Shown: positions 9,005-17,795 of the stretch, piece by piece
How positions within the stretch are numbered: the stretch's first letter is position 1
Layout: the number at the start of each line of letters is the position of its first letter
IMG/VR virus record: IMGVR_UViG_3300017653_000213
Coordinates: 1 to 34,389 of that record
Reading direction: 5' to 3' (one strand)
DNA length: 34,389 nt
Source: a virus
Lineage: Duplodnaviria; Caudoviricetes
Program-made: the position numbers and the translations under genes
Notes under the pieces: model-generated
Told to the model about the DNA's origin: nothing
What the model saw: only the letters and a program-made list of their open reading frames with translations
Databases searched by the model: none

Positions 9005-10954
9005 TTATTGATAATCAAAATCTATTGTTTTTATTTTCCACGCAACCTGAGTACCTGCATCAAAAGTAATTGCACTAGTTGTTGGATTAGTTAATCTAAG
9101 TCTACCAACGCCCGCATTCCTCATAGTGAAGGAATAAGACACACCGTTAGGCAACGCAAAAGTTGGATTTGCAAAGACTAATGCATAAGCAGAAACATCT
9201 AACAAATTGACAGTAAATTCTGTAACAGAATTAGCAGCTAGTGTACCAACCGTTACAGTCACATCAAATTCTTTCAGTCCGTTTAGTTTAATCCATCTAC
9301 TACCATTATATTTATATGTCCCTTTATTTCTGACATCCGTTGCAGAACTGTAAAAATAGGTATCATCTTCAAGTGGCGTTAAAGACGTCGGAATAACTGT
9401 CGATTTTAAATCTCCGGTCAATGATAGAAATCTAGCCGCGGTCAGTCCATTTATCACAACATTAATATCACTGTTATAACTTCTGAGACGGATATTTGCA
9501 CCATCGTATAAGTGTAATGTTCTAAGTGGTGTAGTTATTTTGGAATTTGATAAATAAATACTAACCTTATTGACAGATGAAACCAAAATATTTGTGTTTA
9601 TTAGACTATTATTGATAAACACATCGGTTCCATCTGTGTTTGCTCCGTCAAGGTAAATTAGCATAGATGACACAGCATCCACTTTTAAATTAGAGATAAA
9701 CAGACTTTTTAATGACTTTGCTGTTGGATATATTAGAGAATTGACTGCACTAGAATTTAGCTTTATGTTACTGTCTTTGAAAATTAATTGGTCAAGGATT
9801 TCTGACGCTGTATTGTCAATGCGAACAAGATAATTTGTTGCTTCTGTACCTGCACTAGCAATAACATCAATATCTTCTAAAACAACTTTACTCATATTGC
9901 ATTTTTGCAACAAAATGGGTCTTAAACTGTCTGATTGTTTAATTTTAAGTTTTTTAATCGTTATGTCCCCACTTATTGCTCCAATGCAAAAATAAGATTG
10001 AGAACCACTTATTTTTACGTCTATATTTTCAAATACCACATTTTCAAGCTTTGTATCTTTTAAACAAGGGTTCGGAGTTGCTTGATCTTCTTTCATAATA
10101 TAAACAGGGTAAATAGTGGCATAACCGCTAAGATTTTTAAAGTATAGATTTTTAAATATACTTTTACCATCAATTCCACTACCAACCATTTTAATTAATT
10201 CATCTGTTGTTTCACCACCATATACATTTTCAACTCTTACATTTTCAATATTCCCTGTCTGGCCTAATGAATATCTTGGGTAATCCCCCATCGTAAAGGA
10301 TATTAAATCATCATGAGTCACACCTGATATATCTTCGATGGTGATATTATTTAAAGGTGGTTGAAAATGTAAACCATCACTTTCATTGTTTATATTTATT
10401 TTTCGGAAAGTCCCTTTATTTATATCAGTAATTAAAAAAGCATACTTCCATTCATTACCGATGTCCTCAATGTTTTCGATAGTTAAATTGTCAACCCCAC
10501 GAAAGACAATTCCTATGCCGGGATTTGATTGAGGATTAGTAGACATGTCACCGGACGAAATTGGATTGCCTACATTGTTTAAATCCCATGTACCACCTTT
10601 GACTGTTATATTTTTATTTCGTGTGTTCGTGGTATGACCTTTATTAACTAAGATATGATGGTTTGTTCCATCTTTTTTCTTTAATTTAACTCCCGGCATT
10701 AGTTCCAACTTTGTATCACTATCGATATACAACCTACCTGTTAAAAACGTTCCCGGTGTAATGATTCTCACCCAACCTTTTTTATCTAAGGCAGACTGAA
10801 TTTTTGCAGTAGCATCTTCACCATCGACTAATTTTACATCTGTCACAATTTGTGCCAATTGCGAACTAACTTCATTTAACTGTTGTCCATGATTTACTAC
10901 TTCATTAACAAATTCTTGGTCAATCATAGACTTATTAATTCTTTTTAAAGCCAT
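9005..10954 (-). CDS. Receptor-binding protein/tailspike with pectin-lyase-like beta-helix
   Basis: DATAKIQSALD, NITVKGGTWDLN, SDGLHF...NNITIEDISGVTHDDLISF (GH28-like parallel beta-helix). Confidence 0.85.
   Translation of the reverse strand: MALKRINKSMIDQEFVNEVVNHGQQLNEVSSQLAQIVTDVKLVDGEDATAKIQSALDKKGWVRIITPGTFLTGRLYIDSDTKLELMPGVKLKKKDGTNHHILVNKGHTTNTRNKNITVKGGTWDLNNVGNPISSGDMSTNPQSNPGIGIVFRGVDNLTIENIEDIGNEWKYAFLITDINKGTFRKININNESDGLHFQPPLNNITIEDISGVTHDDLISFTMGDYPRYSLGQTGNIENVRVENVYGGETTDELIKMVGSGIDGKSIFKNLYFKNLSGYATIYPVYIMKEDQATPNPCLKDTKLENVVFENIDVKISGSQSYFCIGAISGDITIKKLKIKQSDSLRPILLQKCNMSKVVLEDIDVIASAGTEATNYLVRIDNTASEILDQLIFKDSNIKLNSSAVNSLIYPTAKSLKSLFISNLKVDAVSSMLIYLDGANTDGTDVFINNSLINTNILVSSVNKVSIYLSNSKITTPLRTLHLYDGANIRLRSYNSDINVVINGLTAARFLSLTGDLKSTVIPTSLTPLEDDTYFYSSATDVRNKGTYKYNGSRWIKLNGLKEFDVTVTVGTLAANSVTEFTVNLLDVSAYALVFANPTFALPNGVSYSFTMRNAGVGRLRLTNPTTSAITFDAGTQVAWKIKTIDFDYQ
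10843..10870. other. Putative site-specific recombination core site (RBP 5' boundary, encodes VSSQLAQIV)
   Basis: Minus strand GTTAGT-TCGCAAT-[TGGCACAA]-ATTGTGA: 7-bp inverted arms with an 8-bp spacer. Confidence 0.5.
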
Positions 10955-10987
10955 TCTTCTTCCTCCTTAATATTATTGTGAAAAAAT

Positions 10988-11059
10988 AAAAGTTTGTGAA
11001 ATTCCGAATCTCGAAACCCTTGATACACAAGGCTTTGAAAATCCATTTCACAAACTTTT
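10988..11059. repeat. 72-bp nested inverted-repeat element
   Basis: Perfect 15-bp IR AAAAGTTTGTGAAAT/ATTTCACAAACTTTT enclosing CCTTG-ATACA-CAAGG. Confidence 0.8.
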
Positions 11060-11096
11060 TGCGATATTTTCTTATAAAAGGAATATTTTAATGTAA

Positions 11097-12029
11097 TTAT
11101 TGATAGATTACTTCAACGTCCAAACCTGCTACTAAAGGTTCAGAAACAGTAAAGGATTTGTTGGATGTCTCAGTAAAATTAAGAGGATAATATTGTCTTA
11201 CGCCACCAATAATGACTTGTAATCTGTTTTGACCAGTTACATATGTACCATTCAAAGTGAATAGAGTTTGACCTGCATTAGATGTAAAAGTTTCTACTCT
11301 GATAGGATACCATCCAGCATCTAATACATCTTGAACAAAATTTCCCTGTGATTTTGCATATTCAGCTTGTTCTTTGGCATAATTCGCTTGTGTTGTAGCG
11401 TTTGTAGTAGCAGTATTTATTGATGTCATTTGATTATCAAAAGTGGATTGTCTTTCATTTTCCGCTAATTCTCTGTTGTTCTCGTTACTTTGTCTAACTG
11501 ACTCAGCATTTTTTCTTGAATTCTCATTATTATCTCTAGTAGTTTCTTGTGCAGTAACAGTTGTATTAAGATCATTTATATCAGTGGTTGCCTTTTCAGC
11601 ATTAGCTAATATTGTAGGTGCTTCACCTAGTACCAATTCAATTAAAGTTTGTTCGTTTGTAGAAGGAACATAATCTATTACTGGATCTTTCAATACTTTA
11701 AAACTAAATGGTAAAGTCGACACTCGTCCCTCTGCATCATATAACTGTATTGCAGCCTTAACTCTTCCAACCACTTCTAATTCTGTAGTACCAAGATTGA
11801 ATGTTACTTGATTAGTAGCTGTTTTAGTACCTAAAGTCATTACTGATGTTTTATCAGGTCGTACACTTGCGAGTGTAAATGTAGTAACATTTGATAAATC
11901 GTATCTTTCATCATCATCATAAATATTCAAAATGAATGTAACTTCATCGTTCTGAGTGACTACTGGTTCATTCATGTAATTACTTTTTTTAAAGTCTACA
12001 TCAAGTGTAAATGTATTAGTAATTGACAA
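11097..12029 (-). CDS. BppU-family baseplate upper protein
   Basis: N-terminal BppU-like domain (TQND...RPDKTSV...GRVKAAIQLY), coiled-coil ENERQ repeats, C-terminal beta domain. Confidence 0.85.
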   Translation of the reverse strand: MSITNTFTLDVDFKKSNYMNEPVVTQNDEVTFILNIYDDDERYDLSNVTTFTLASVRPDKTSVMTLGTKTATNQVTFNLGTTELEVVGRVKAAIQLYDAEGRVSTLPFSFKVLKDPVIDYVPSTNEQTLIELVLGEAPTILANAEKATTDINDLNTTVTAQETTRDNNENSRKNAESVRQSNENNRELAENERQSTFDNQMTSINTATTNATTQANYAKEQAEYAKSQGNFVQDVLDAGWYPIRVETFTSNAGQTLFTLNGTYVTGQNRLQVIIGGVRQYYPLNFTETSNKSFTVSEPLVAGLDVEVIYQ

Positions 12030-12044
12030 TTATTTCACTCCTTT

Positions 12045-12796
12045 CTACAAATAATAAAAGCGTGTGCTTATTTCAAGTTCAAATGAACCTGTAGCACCGC
12101 TTACAGTAAAGTTATTATTTCCTATATCTAACGTAATTATCTTTTTATTCGTATCTGCAAAAATACTACTATAGTTTTTACTTGACGTTATCCCTTGTAA
12201 TGTAATCATTCCCCATCCTCAATATCACCGTAATATTTAAAACTATCACCAGTTGTATTATTAGTGATAGTTAGGTTACTTGAAGCCCCACTAAAAGTAA
12301 TTTTAGTTTCAGCATGTTTACGAGGATCAATAATTACATTACCTTCATTTTTAAAAGTAAATACTTCACTAGTGAATGTTTTTTTAACAAAATTTATAGT
12401 TTCAGAATAACCTTGTAAACATGTCAATGGAACACTGAATGTTGATACACTCGTTCCAATTATTTCAGGTGTCCAATTATCTAAATAACACTTCCAAACA
12501 ATACCCTTACGATAAGATTCTTCAATATAAAACTCTTTTCCACTTCCTAATAGAGCATATAAATCATACTTTTGTTTCAGGGAATCTTCATATGTACTTT
12601 CAACTGTCATGAAATCAGCAGTTAATGAACGGGGGTTTAATTCCTTATTTACAACAATTGAACCCCCACCATCAATCTTTTGAGTATCCATAGTGTAGGA
12701 AGGTGAAGGGATAGTTAATTTTATACCAAACAATCCAAGTGCTTCTAAATTAATTTTATTACCATCTAAATCATACAAGTTTAATCTATTTATCAT
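12045..12796 (-). pseudogene. Distal tail protein (Dit), split by a 1-nt frameshift into 12206..12796 and 12045..12209
   Basis: The 196-aa ORF stops at DIEDGE*; the -1 frame continues MITLQG...IITLDIGNNNFTVSG...RFYYL*, a typical Dit C-terminus. Confidence 0.75.
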
Positions 12797-14908
12797 CCCA
12801 AACTCACTCCCTTCATAATTGCATCAATACTCATGTTTTCATATTGTTTTCCACTAATGATATCGACAATAGATTCACCTATCATTTTTCCGTCCATTAC
12901 ATTTTGAATGACCACAAATTGTGGTTGATTATTTAGTATTTGTTTTGTTTTATCATGAGGATGTACTTTTGCACCTCTAGGAAGTTCTACTAATTCAGCA
13001 CCTTGTTCACCAACAATAGCAAGTCCACCTTTAAAGTAATCAGTACCTTTTGCTAACATTGGAATTTTAGGGATATTAATACCCCACTGCTGACCTCCAA
13101 AACCTGGTCAATTTTGTTATCGTAAAGGCTCTTTATCCTTTACTTCTGCATGTTTCCATACAGTTCAGACTATATCTTCACTCATTTATAGAGTGGTTGG
13201 CGCTCGTGGATATTTCACCATATAATAAAACCGCTTTTATAAGCGATTAATACTTAGGTTACTTTATCTAGTCGTTACACCTTCCTAGCGTTTCCGTCTA
13301 GGCTTGGCTCGGAATTGCCCTCGTCTTTACGTTAGGGCTTCCCCCGAATTCACCAACTTTATACTGAGCTACCTTTTATTTAACCCAGTCTGGAATACTA
13401 ATGGATAATGAATTCAATCCGCTTATTACTGAGTTGATCATAGAAATAACTGCATTTAACGGGGTCTTAACTGCTGTACTCACACCGTTAAAAATTCCTG
13501 TGAACGTTGATACAACACCACTCCAAGCTTTAGACCAATTCCCTGAGAATACACCAGAAATAAAGTCTGTAATTCCATTAAGTACAGGTTTAAGTGTATT
13601 GTTCCAAAATCCACTAATAGCACTAAATGACGTAGATACAGCTTTACCAATTGCAGAAAATACAGTTTGGAATGTTGGTAATAATACAGTTTTTATAACC
13701 GTCATAACTGTATTGAAGATAGGTTGTAAAATATTAATCCATACAGTTTTTATTAAATTAAAAGCAGTTTGAACAACATCTTGTATTGTTTTGAACCCTG
13801 ATTGAAATGCAGGTAATAAATCATTCATAATTACTTGAATAATAGTCATTAACGCTGGTTGTAATATTGTATTCCAAACATCAACAATCCAATTAAATGT
13901 GTCTTCAACTATTTTTGCAAATGCCTTAAATGTTGCTTCATTATCCGTATACCATTGTTGAATTGCTGTAATGAAAGTTTGGATTCCAAGAATAATTGCA
14001 TTAAAAATTGCTGATATTGTTGCTTCGTTCTCTGTGTACCATTGTTTAATAGCGCCAATGAAGTTATTAATCCATTGAATACCTATTTGAATTCCAGTTG
14101 ATAATACTGTAAATACGGTATCTATAACGAGTTGGATCGTTGGCATATTTGCAGTTACCCAATCTAGTAATCCTTGAAACATAGGCATTAATCGAACACC
14201 GACTTCAGTTAGAACTCCACTAAATGTATTTTTGACTTTTTCCCAACCTAGTCTAAAATCTTCAGCTTTTTTTAATTGTGCATCATCAATTACATTTGCA
14301 CTATTCTTCATGTTTTCAAGTTCTTCAGCAGTCATATTTAAAACAGGTGCAAGTTCTTCACCAGTTGTTGAAAGAAACATTGTAGCAATAGCGTTACGTC
14401 TTGTAACATCTTCCATACCTTGTAATCCTGTAATTACTTCATTAAATAATTGCTCTTGAGATTTTAGTTTTCCACTTGCATCTTCAACATTTACACCTAA
14501 CTCTTTAAATATTTCGGCATTCTCACCTACTCCACTTTGAGCATCCATTGCTTTTTCCGCCAGAGCGGCAAGGTCACCAGATGCAGCTTCAACTGAATAT
14601 CCAAATGATTTCATTACATAATCCCACTGTTGGAATCCTTTATTTGACATACCAGCAACTTGAGCAAATTTACTAATTTCAGCAGTAGTTTCTAACGTTT
14701 TACCAAGAAGTGCAACCATTCCACCAACTGCTACTCCAGCACCTGCCGCAATTCCAGCACCCCACTTGGCAGCAGTTTTTATACCTGCACCAAGTTTACT
14801 GGCTAGTCCCTCGGCTTTTTCTTCGGTTTTAGCAATTGATTTATCAGCTTCTTCACTATCAACAAATATCGATCCGAATAGCTTAAATATTTCCATATCG
14901 ACAATCAC
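12793..14908 (-). CDS. Tail tape measure protein, two exons (14908/14896..13383 and 13108..12793)
   Basis: MEIFKLFGSIFVD start, amphipathic W/F repeats; removing 13109-13382 restores IPDWVPGFGGQQWGINIPKIPMLAKG...IVGEQGAELV. Confidence 0.93.
13109..13382 (-). ncRNA. Group I self-splicing intron (274 nt, no ORF)
   Basis: P1 ACUGGGU/GCUCAGU with U.G at the 5' splice site, P3 GUUGGUG/CGCCAAC, P7 GACUA/UAGUC (AAGAUAUAGUC S element), P8 CACUC/GAGUG, P9 with GAAA loop, terminal omega-G, in-frame exon junction. Confidence 0.95.
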
Positions 14909-15145
14909 CTACTTTCTATATTCCGTATTGTTTAAGATTGCCTTAACATCATTTAGAATTTCTTCTACACTTTGATGATTTTGTTCGATTTTATTATTTT
15001 TTATAGGTTGATAAAATTCTTCAAATGGCTTATATGTCTCTTTTGTCATATGCTGATATTGCATTAACCACATTTGCCATGCTTTTTCTTCTTGTTTCTT
15101 TTCAAATGCAGTAATAATTAAATCCATTCCATCTTCAACAGGCAT
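14909..15145 (-). CDS. Tail assembly chaperone, frameshift-extension (gpT-like) part
   Basis: Its frame is open back to the slippery site at 15226-15232; lies just before the tape measure gene. Confidence 0.8.
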   Translation of the reverse strand: MPVEDGMDLIITAFEKKQEEKAWQMWLMQYQHMTKETYKPFEEFYQPIKNNKIEQNHQSVEEILNDVKAILNNTEYRK

Positions 15146-15207
15146 TTCTAAAATAAAATCAGAATTATGATAACGTGAAAAAAGCAGGTCATAAAACTCA
15201 GATGAGT

Positions 15208-15543
15208 CTATTTCCCTGCTAATTGTAAAAAAGTTGCTAAACCTTTTTGACTTTTAAATTGATTAATAATTTCTACAGTGTCCTCAATAGAAAGTTCATC
15301 AAATTGATTTGCTTCAATTCCAACTAACTCAGCTAAAAATGTGTTTACTTCATTTTGAGCAAAATGTAAATTTTCTAATGCATTTTTAATTAATTCAATA
15401 AAGAATAATTGTCCTGCTTGTTCTTGAGATTTACCTTTAAATTTGTTTAAATCTAATGTGATTTTCACATCTAACTTCTTAAGAATTTTTGACATTGTAT
15501 AAATATCTTTCGTTTTTAACGGTCTCATTTCATATTTACTCAT
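15208..15543 (-). CDS. Tail assembly chaperone (gpG-like)
   Basis: Between the major tail and tape measure genes; ends ATFLQLAGK over a slippery heptamer. Confidence 0.85.
   Translation of the reverse strand: MSKYEMRPLKTKDIYTMSKILKKLDVKITLDLNKFKGKSQEQAGQLFFIELIKNALENLHFAQNEVNTFLAELVGIEANQFDELSIEDTVEIINQFKSQKGLATFLQLAGK
15226..15232 (-). promoter_or_regulatory. Programmed -1 ribosomal frameshift site T TTT TTA
   Basis: X XXY YYZ heptamer in the correct phase; the -1 frame reads FTISREIDSSEFYDLLFSRYHNSDFILEMPVEDG without a stop. Confidence 0.8.
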
Positions 15544-15590
15544 TTATATTCTCCTTTGTATTAAATAAAAAAAGAGGACTATCATAGTCC

Positions 15591-16202
15591 TCAAGGTTGT
15601 AATAAAAATGTAGGGTAATAAATTGCAAATGGTGGTGTATCTAAATCACTTGCATCAAAGTGTCCTTCGAATTCAAGAGCAATTACTGTTTCCCCTTTGT
15701 CTGAAGTTGTTAAAGTTAATCCATTTGTATTAATTGCATTGTACACTTGAATTATAATCGGATCTTCACTACCTGAATACGTTCCAACAAAAGTGATGTT
15801 TGAAATATAATCATCTAATTCAATGACATTTTTCCCTTTGATTCCATGATACATCAATTGGTCATTGTCAGTTTCCGTACTAACTAAAGCTTTTTTAAGT
15901 ACCGACTCTGTAACTTCAATGATATTTGCACTCATTTTAACTTCCCAACTATCAATCACTTCTAATCCTTTTGTTTTTCCCATTAATCCATCAACTTCAA
16001 TTTGACGAATGGCAGGAATGGCAGAAAATGAACCACCACCACGAGTTGCACCAAGCAACTTTCCACCTTCTTTTGCTGATTCAAATGTATCTGTTCCCAT
16101 TGTGTAATTTACAAAGAAAGCACCAGCATCCAATAATAAATTCTTTGGTGTATCTGCTGTATAACCTGTTTTTTTAGCCAATCTAATCACTCTCTCTTTC
16201 AA
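15591..16202 (-). CDS. Major tail (tube) protein
   Basis: TPKNLLLDAGAFFVNY...LLGATRGGGSF...PPFAIYYP; position; probable start TTG 16181; hairpin GAGGACTAT/ATAGTCCTC follows. Confidence 0.88.
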   Translation of the reverse strand: MKERVIRLAKKTGYTADTPKNLLLDAGAFFVNYTMGTDTFESAKEGGKLLGATRGGGSFSAIPAIRQIEVDGLMGKTKGLEVIDSWEVKMSANIIEVTESVLKKALVSTETDNDQLMYHGIKGKNVIELDDYISNITFVGTYSGSEDPIIIQVYNAINTNGLTLTTSDKGETVIALEFEGHFDASDLDTPPFAIYYPTFLLQP

Positions 16203-16554
16203 AATATTTAACTTCGAAAATTAATTTTCTTCTTTTTATTCTTGGATTGTTATCTTCTAAATCGAAAAGTCTGTTTGAACGGTAAACAGAAATCTGAATA
16301 TGTTCATCAATATAAAAGTATCTGTTTAACCCTCTCCAAATTGTTGATGATAATGTTTCTAAATCAGTTGTATCTTCTCTGTTATCCCAAATATCAACAT
16401 CCATCACGAATATTTCTTGATGTTCATTGGTAAATGAATTAGGAAAAGTGAATACAACATAAGGAAAAAGAGTATCTTCTGGTGATTGTTCAAAATAAAC
16501 ACTAGAATGATACTCTTTAAGTTTCCTCATTATCGCTTTTCTAAGATAAATCAT
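16183..16554 (-). CDS. Tail terminator/completion protein
   Basis: VYFEQSPEDTLFPYVVF...DVDIWD; directly before the major tail gene. Confidence 0.8.
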   Translation of the reverse strand: MIYLRKAIMRKLKEYHSSVYFEQSPEDTLFPYVVFTFPNSFTNEHQEIFVMDVDIWDNREDTTDLETLSSTIWRGLNRYFYIDEHIQISVYRSNRLFDLEDNNPRIKRRKLIFEVKYFERESD

Positions 16555-17024
16555 TTATCTTCACCATTTTCATTTCCGACTTGCTCATTTTCATCAATTA
16601 ATGCTTGTGCCTTTATTTCATCTTCTATTGCTGATAAATATTGTGCTTCTATTCTTCTAATCTCGTCTATATTCTCGAAAACTGTATCCCTCAAAATGTT
16701 CCTAGCAGGTTGTCCATGTGTACCAAGCTCCCCTTTTACCCCGTACCATGTATCATGCTTGAAACCTATTTGTAAGTCACCTTCCCACTTTCTCAACCAA
16801 TATTGAGTGGATTTGTAAAGACGTTTATTCTTTTTCATTCCAGGAAGTTTCTTTAACTTTTCAATCATGCGTTTTCGTATAAACTTTGCGATATCTCTAA
16901 GTGCAGCACGACTTAGTTCTTGAATTGTGTATTGTACACGATCAACATTTGAAGTAAATTCAACACCATCTTTTGTAACCTTAGTTACTGATTTAGGCAA
17001 TGCCATTATTAACAACACCTTCAC
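16551..17024 (-). CDS. HK97 gp10-like neck protein (probable start 17006)
   Basis: WYGVKGELGTHGQPARNILRDTV motif. Confidence 0.8.
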   Translation of the reverse strand: MKVLLIMALPKSVTKVTKDGVEFTSNVDRVQYTIQELSRAALRDIAKFIRKRMIEKLKKLPGMKKNKRLYKSTQYWLRKWEGDLQIGFKHDTWYGVKGELGTHGQPARNILRDTVFENIDEIRRIEAQYLSAIEDEIKAQALIDENEQVGNENGEDK

Positions 17025-17316
17025 AAATCAATTCGAGCGTCTCCCCTTTTTCAAACGTCCGAATGATTGAATATGTTTTGTTATTAAATTTAACTTTTGG
17101 TTCATTCTCGTATTCAAATGAATAGATTTCAAACGTTAATTCAGGTTTAAGTCCATTTGTCTGTGCTTGATAAAATTCAGATTGTCGAATTGACTTTTTA
17201 TTAGCAAATACCATTTTTTCATTTGGTACTTTTATTACATCACCAATATCGTTTGTAGTAGAAGTTTCACTAATTAAATAGATTACATCACTAAATGCTG
17301 ACATTATAATCACCAC
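16993..17316 (-). CDS. Head closure/head-tail adaptor (SPP1 gp16-like)
   Basis: VFANKKSIRQSEFYQA...GLKPELTF...YSIIRT. Confidence 0.85.
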   Translation of the reverse strand: MVIIMSAFSDVIYLISETSTTNDIGDVIKVPNEKMVFANKKSIRQSEFYQAQTNGLKPELTFEIYSFEYENEPKVKFNNKTYSIIRTFEKGETLELICEGVVNNGIA

Positions 17317-17566
17317 TTAAAACAAGATGTGTTTTTAATAAATCATAAGAATTCTGAAACTTTTCACTGTTTTCGTTATAACCAAAATGTGCCTTACAAT
17401 AGATTGTTACTGCACGAATAATTAAAGGATCAGTTTCATCTTGTTTAACAACACCACTAATTTTCAAATCAATTAATGCACTGTCAATTAAATCTGAAAT
17501 CTCATCATCAAAAGCATTATTACTAATACGTAAAGATTTTTTAATCTTCTCTAACATCTTCCTCAC
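17291..17566 (-). CDS. Head-tail connector (gp6/gp15-like)
   Basis: LEKIKKSLRISNNAFDDEI...DPLIIRAVTIYCKAHFG. Confidence 0.88.
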   Translation of the reverse strand: MRKMLEKIKKSLRISNNAFDDEISDLIDSALIDLKISGVVKQDETDPLIIRAVTIYCKAHFGYNENSEKFQNSYDLLKTHLVLSGDYNVSI

Positions 17567-17777
17567 TCACTTTCTTTTTGCGAGTGTTCCTCTTAATAGG
17601 TAGCTTTCCCTCAACTTCTACTTTCTTTAGTGATTCAACTTGTTCATTTGGAATAATAAAACCCAGTTTCCCTAGTTCATTCACACGTTCATAGTTTTCA
17701 GAAATATAGAAAGAGCCAAGCATGTAAAACATGCCCGACTCTTTATCAGTAAATACTTTAACTACTTGATGTTTCAT
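17541..17777 (-). CDS. Small post-capsid hypothetical protein
   Basis: VVKVFTDKE...ERVNELGKLGFI; position after the capsid gene. Confidence 0.7.
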   Translation of the reverse strand: MKHQVVKVFTDKESGMFYMLGSFYISENYERVNELGKLGFIIPNEQVESLKKVEVEGKLPIKRNTRKKKVSEEDVRED

Positions 17778-17795
17778 TATGTATCAAATCCTTTA

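Noticed and set aside
13400-14250. Periodic Trp/Phe repeats in the tape measure gene
   Set aside because: Ordinary tape measure protein periodicity, not a DNA repeat element.
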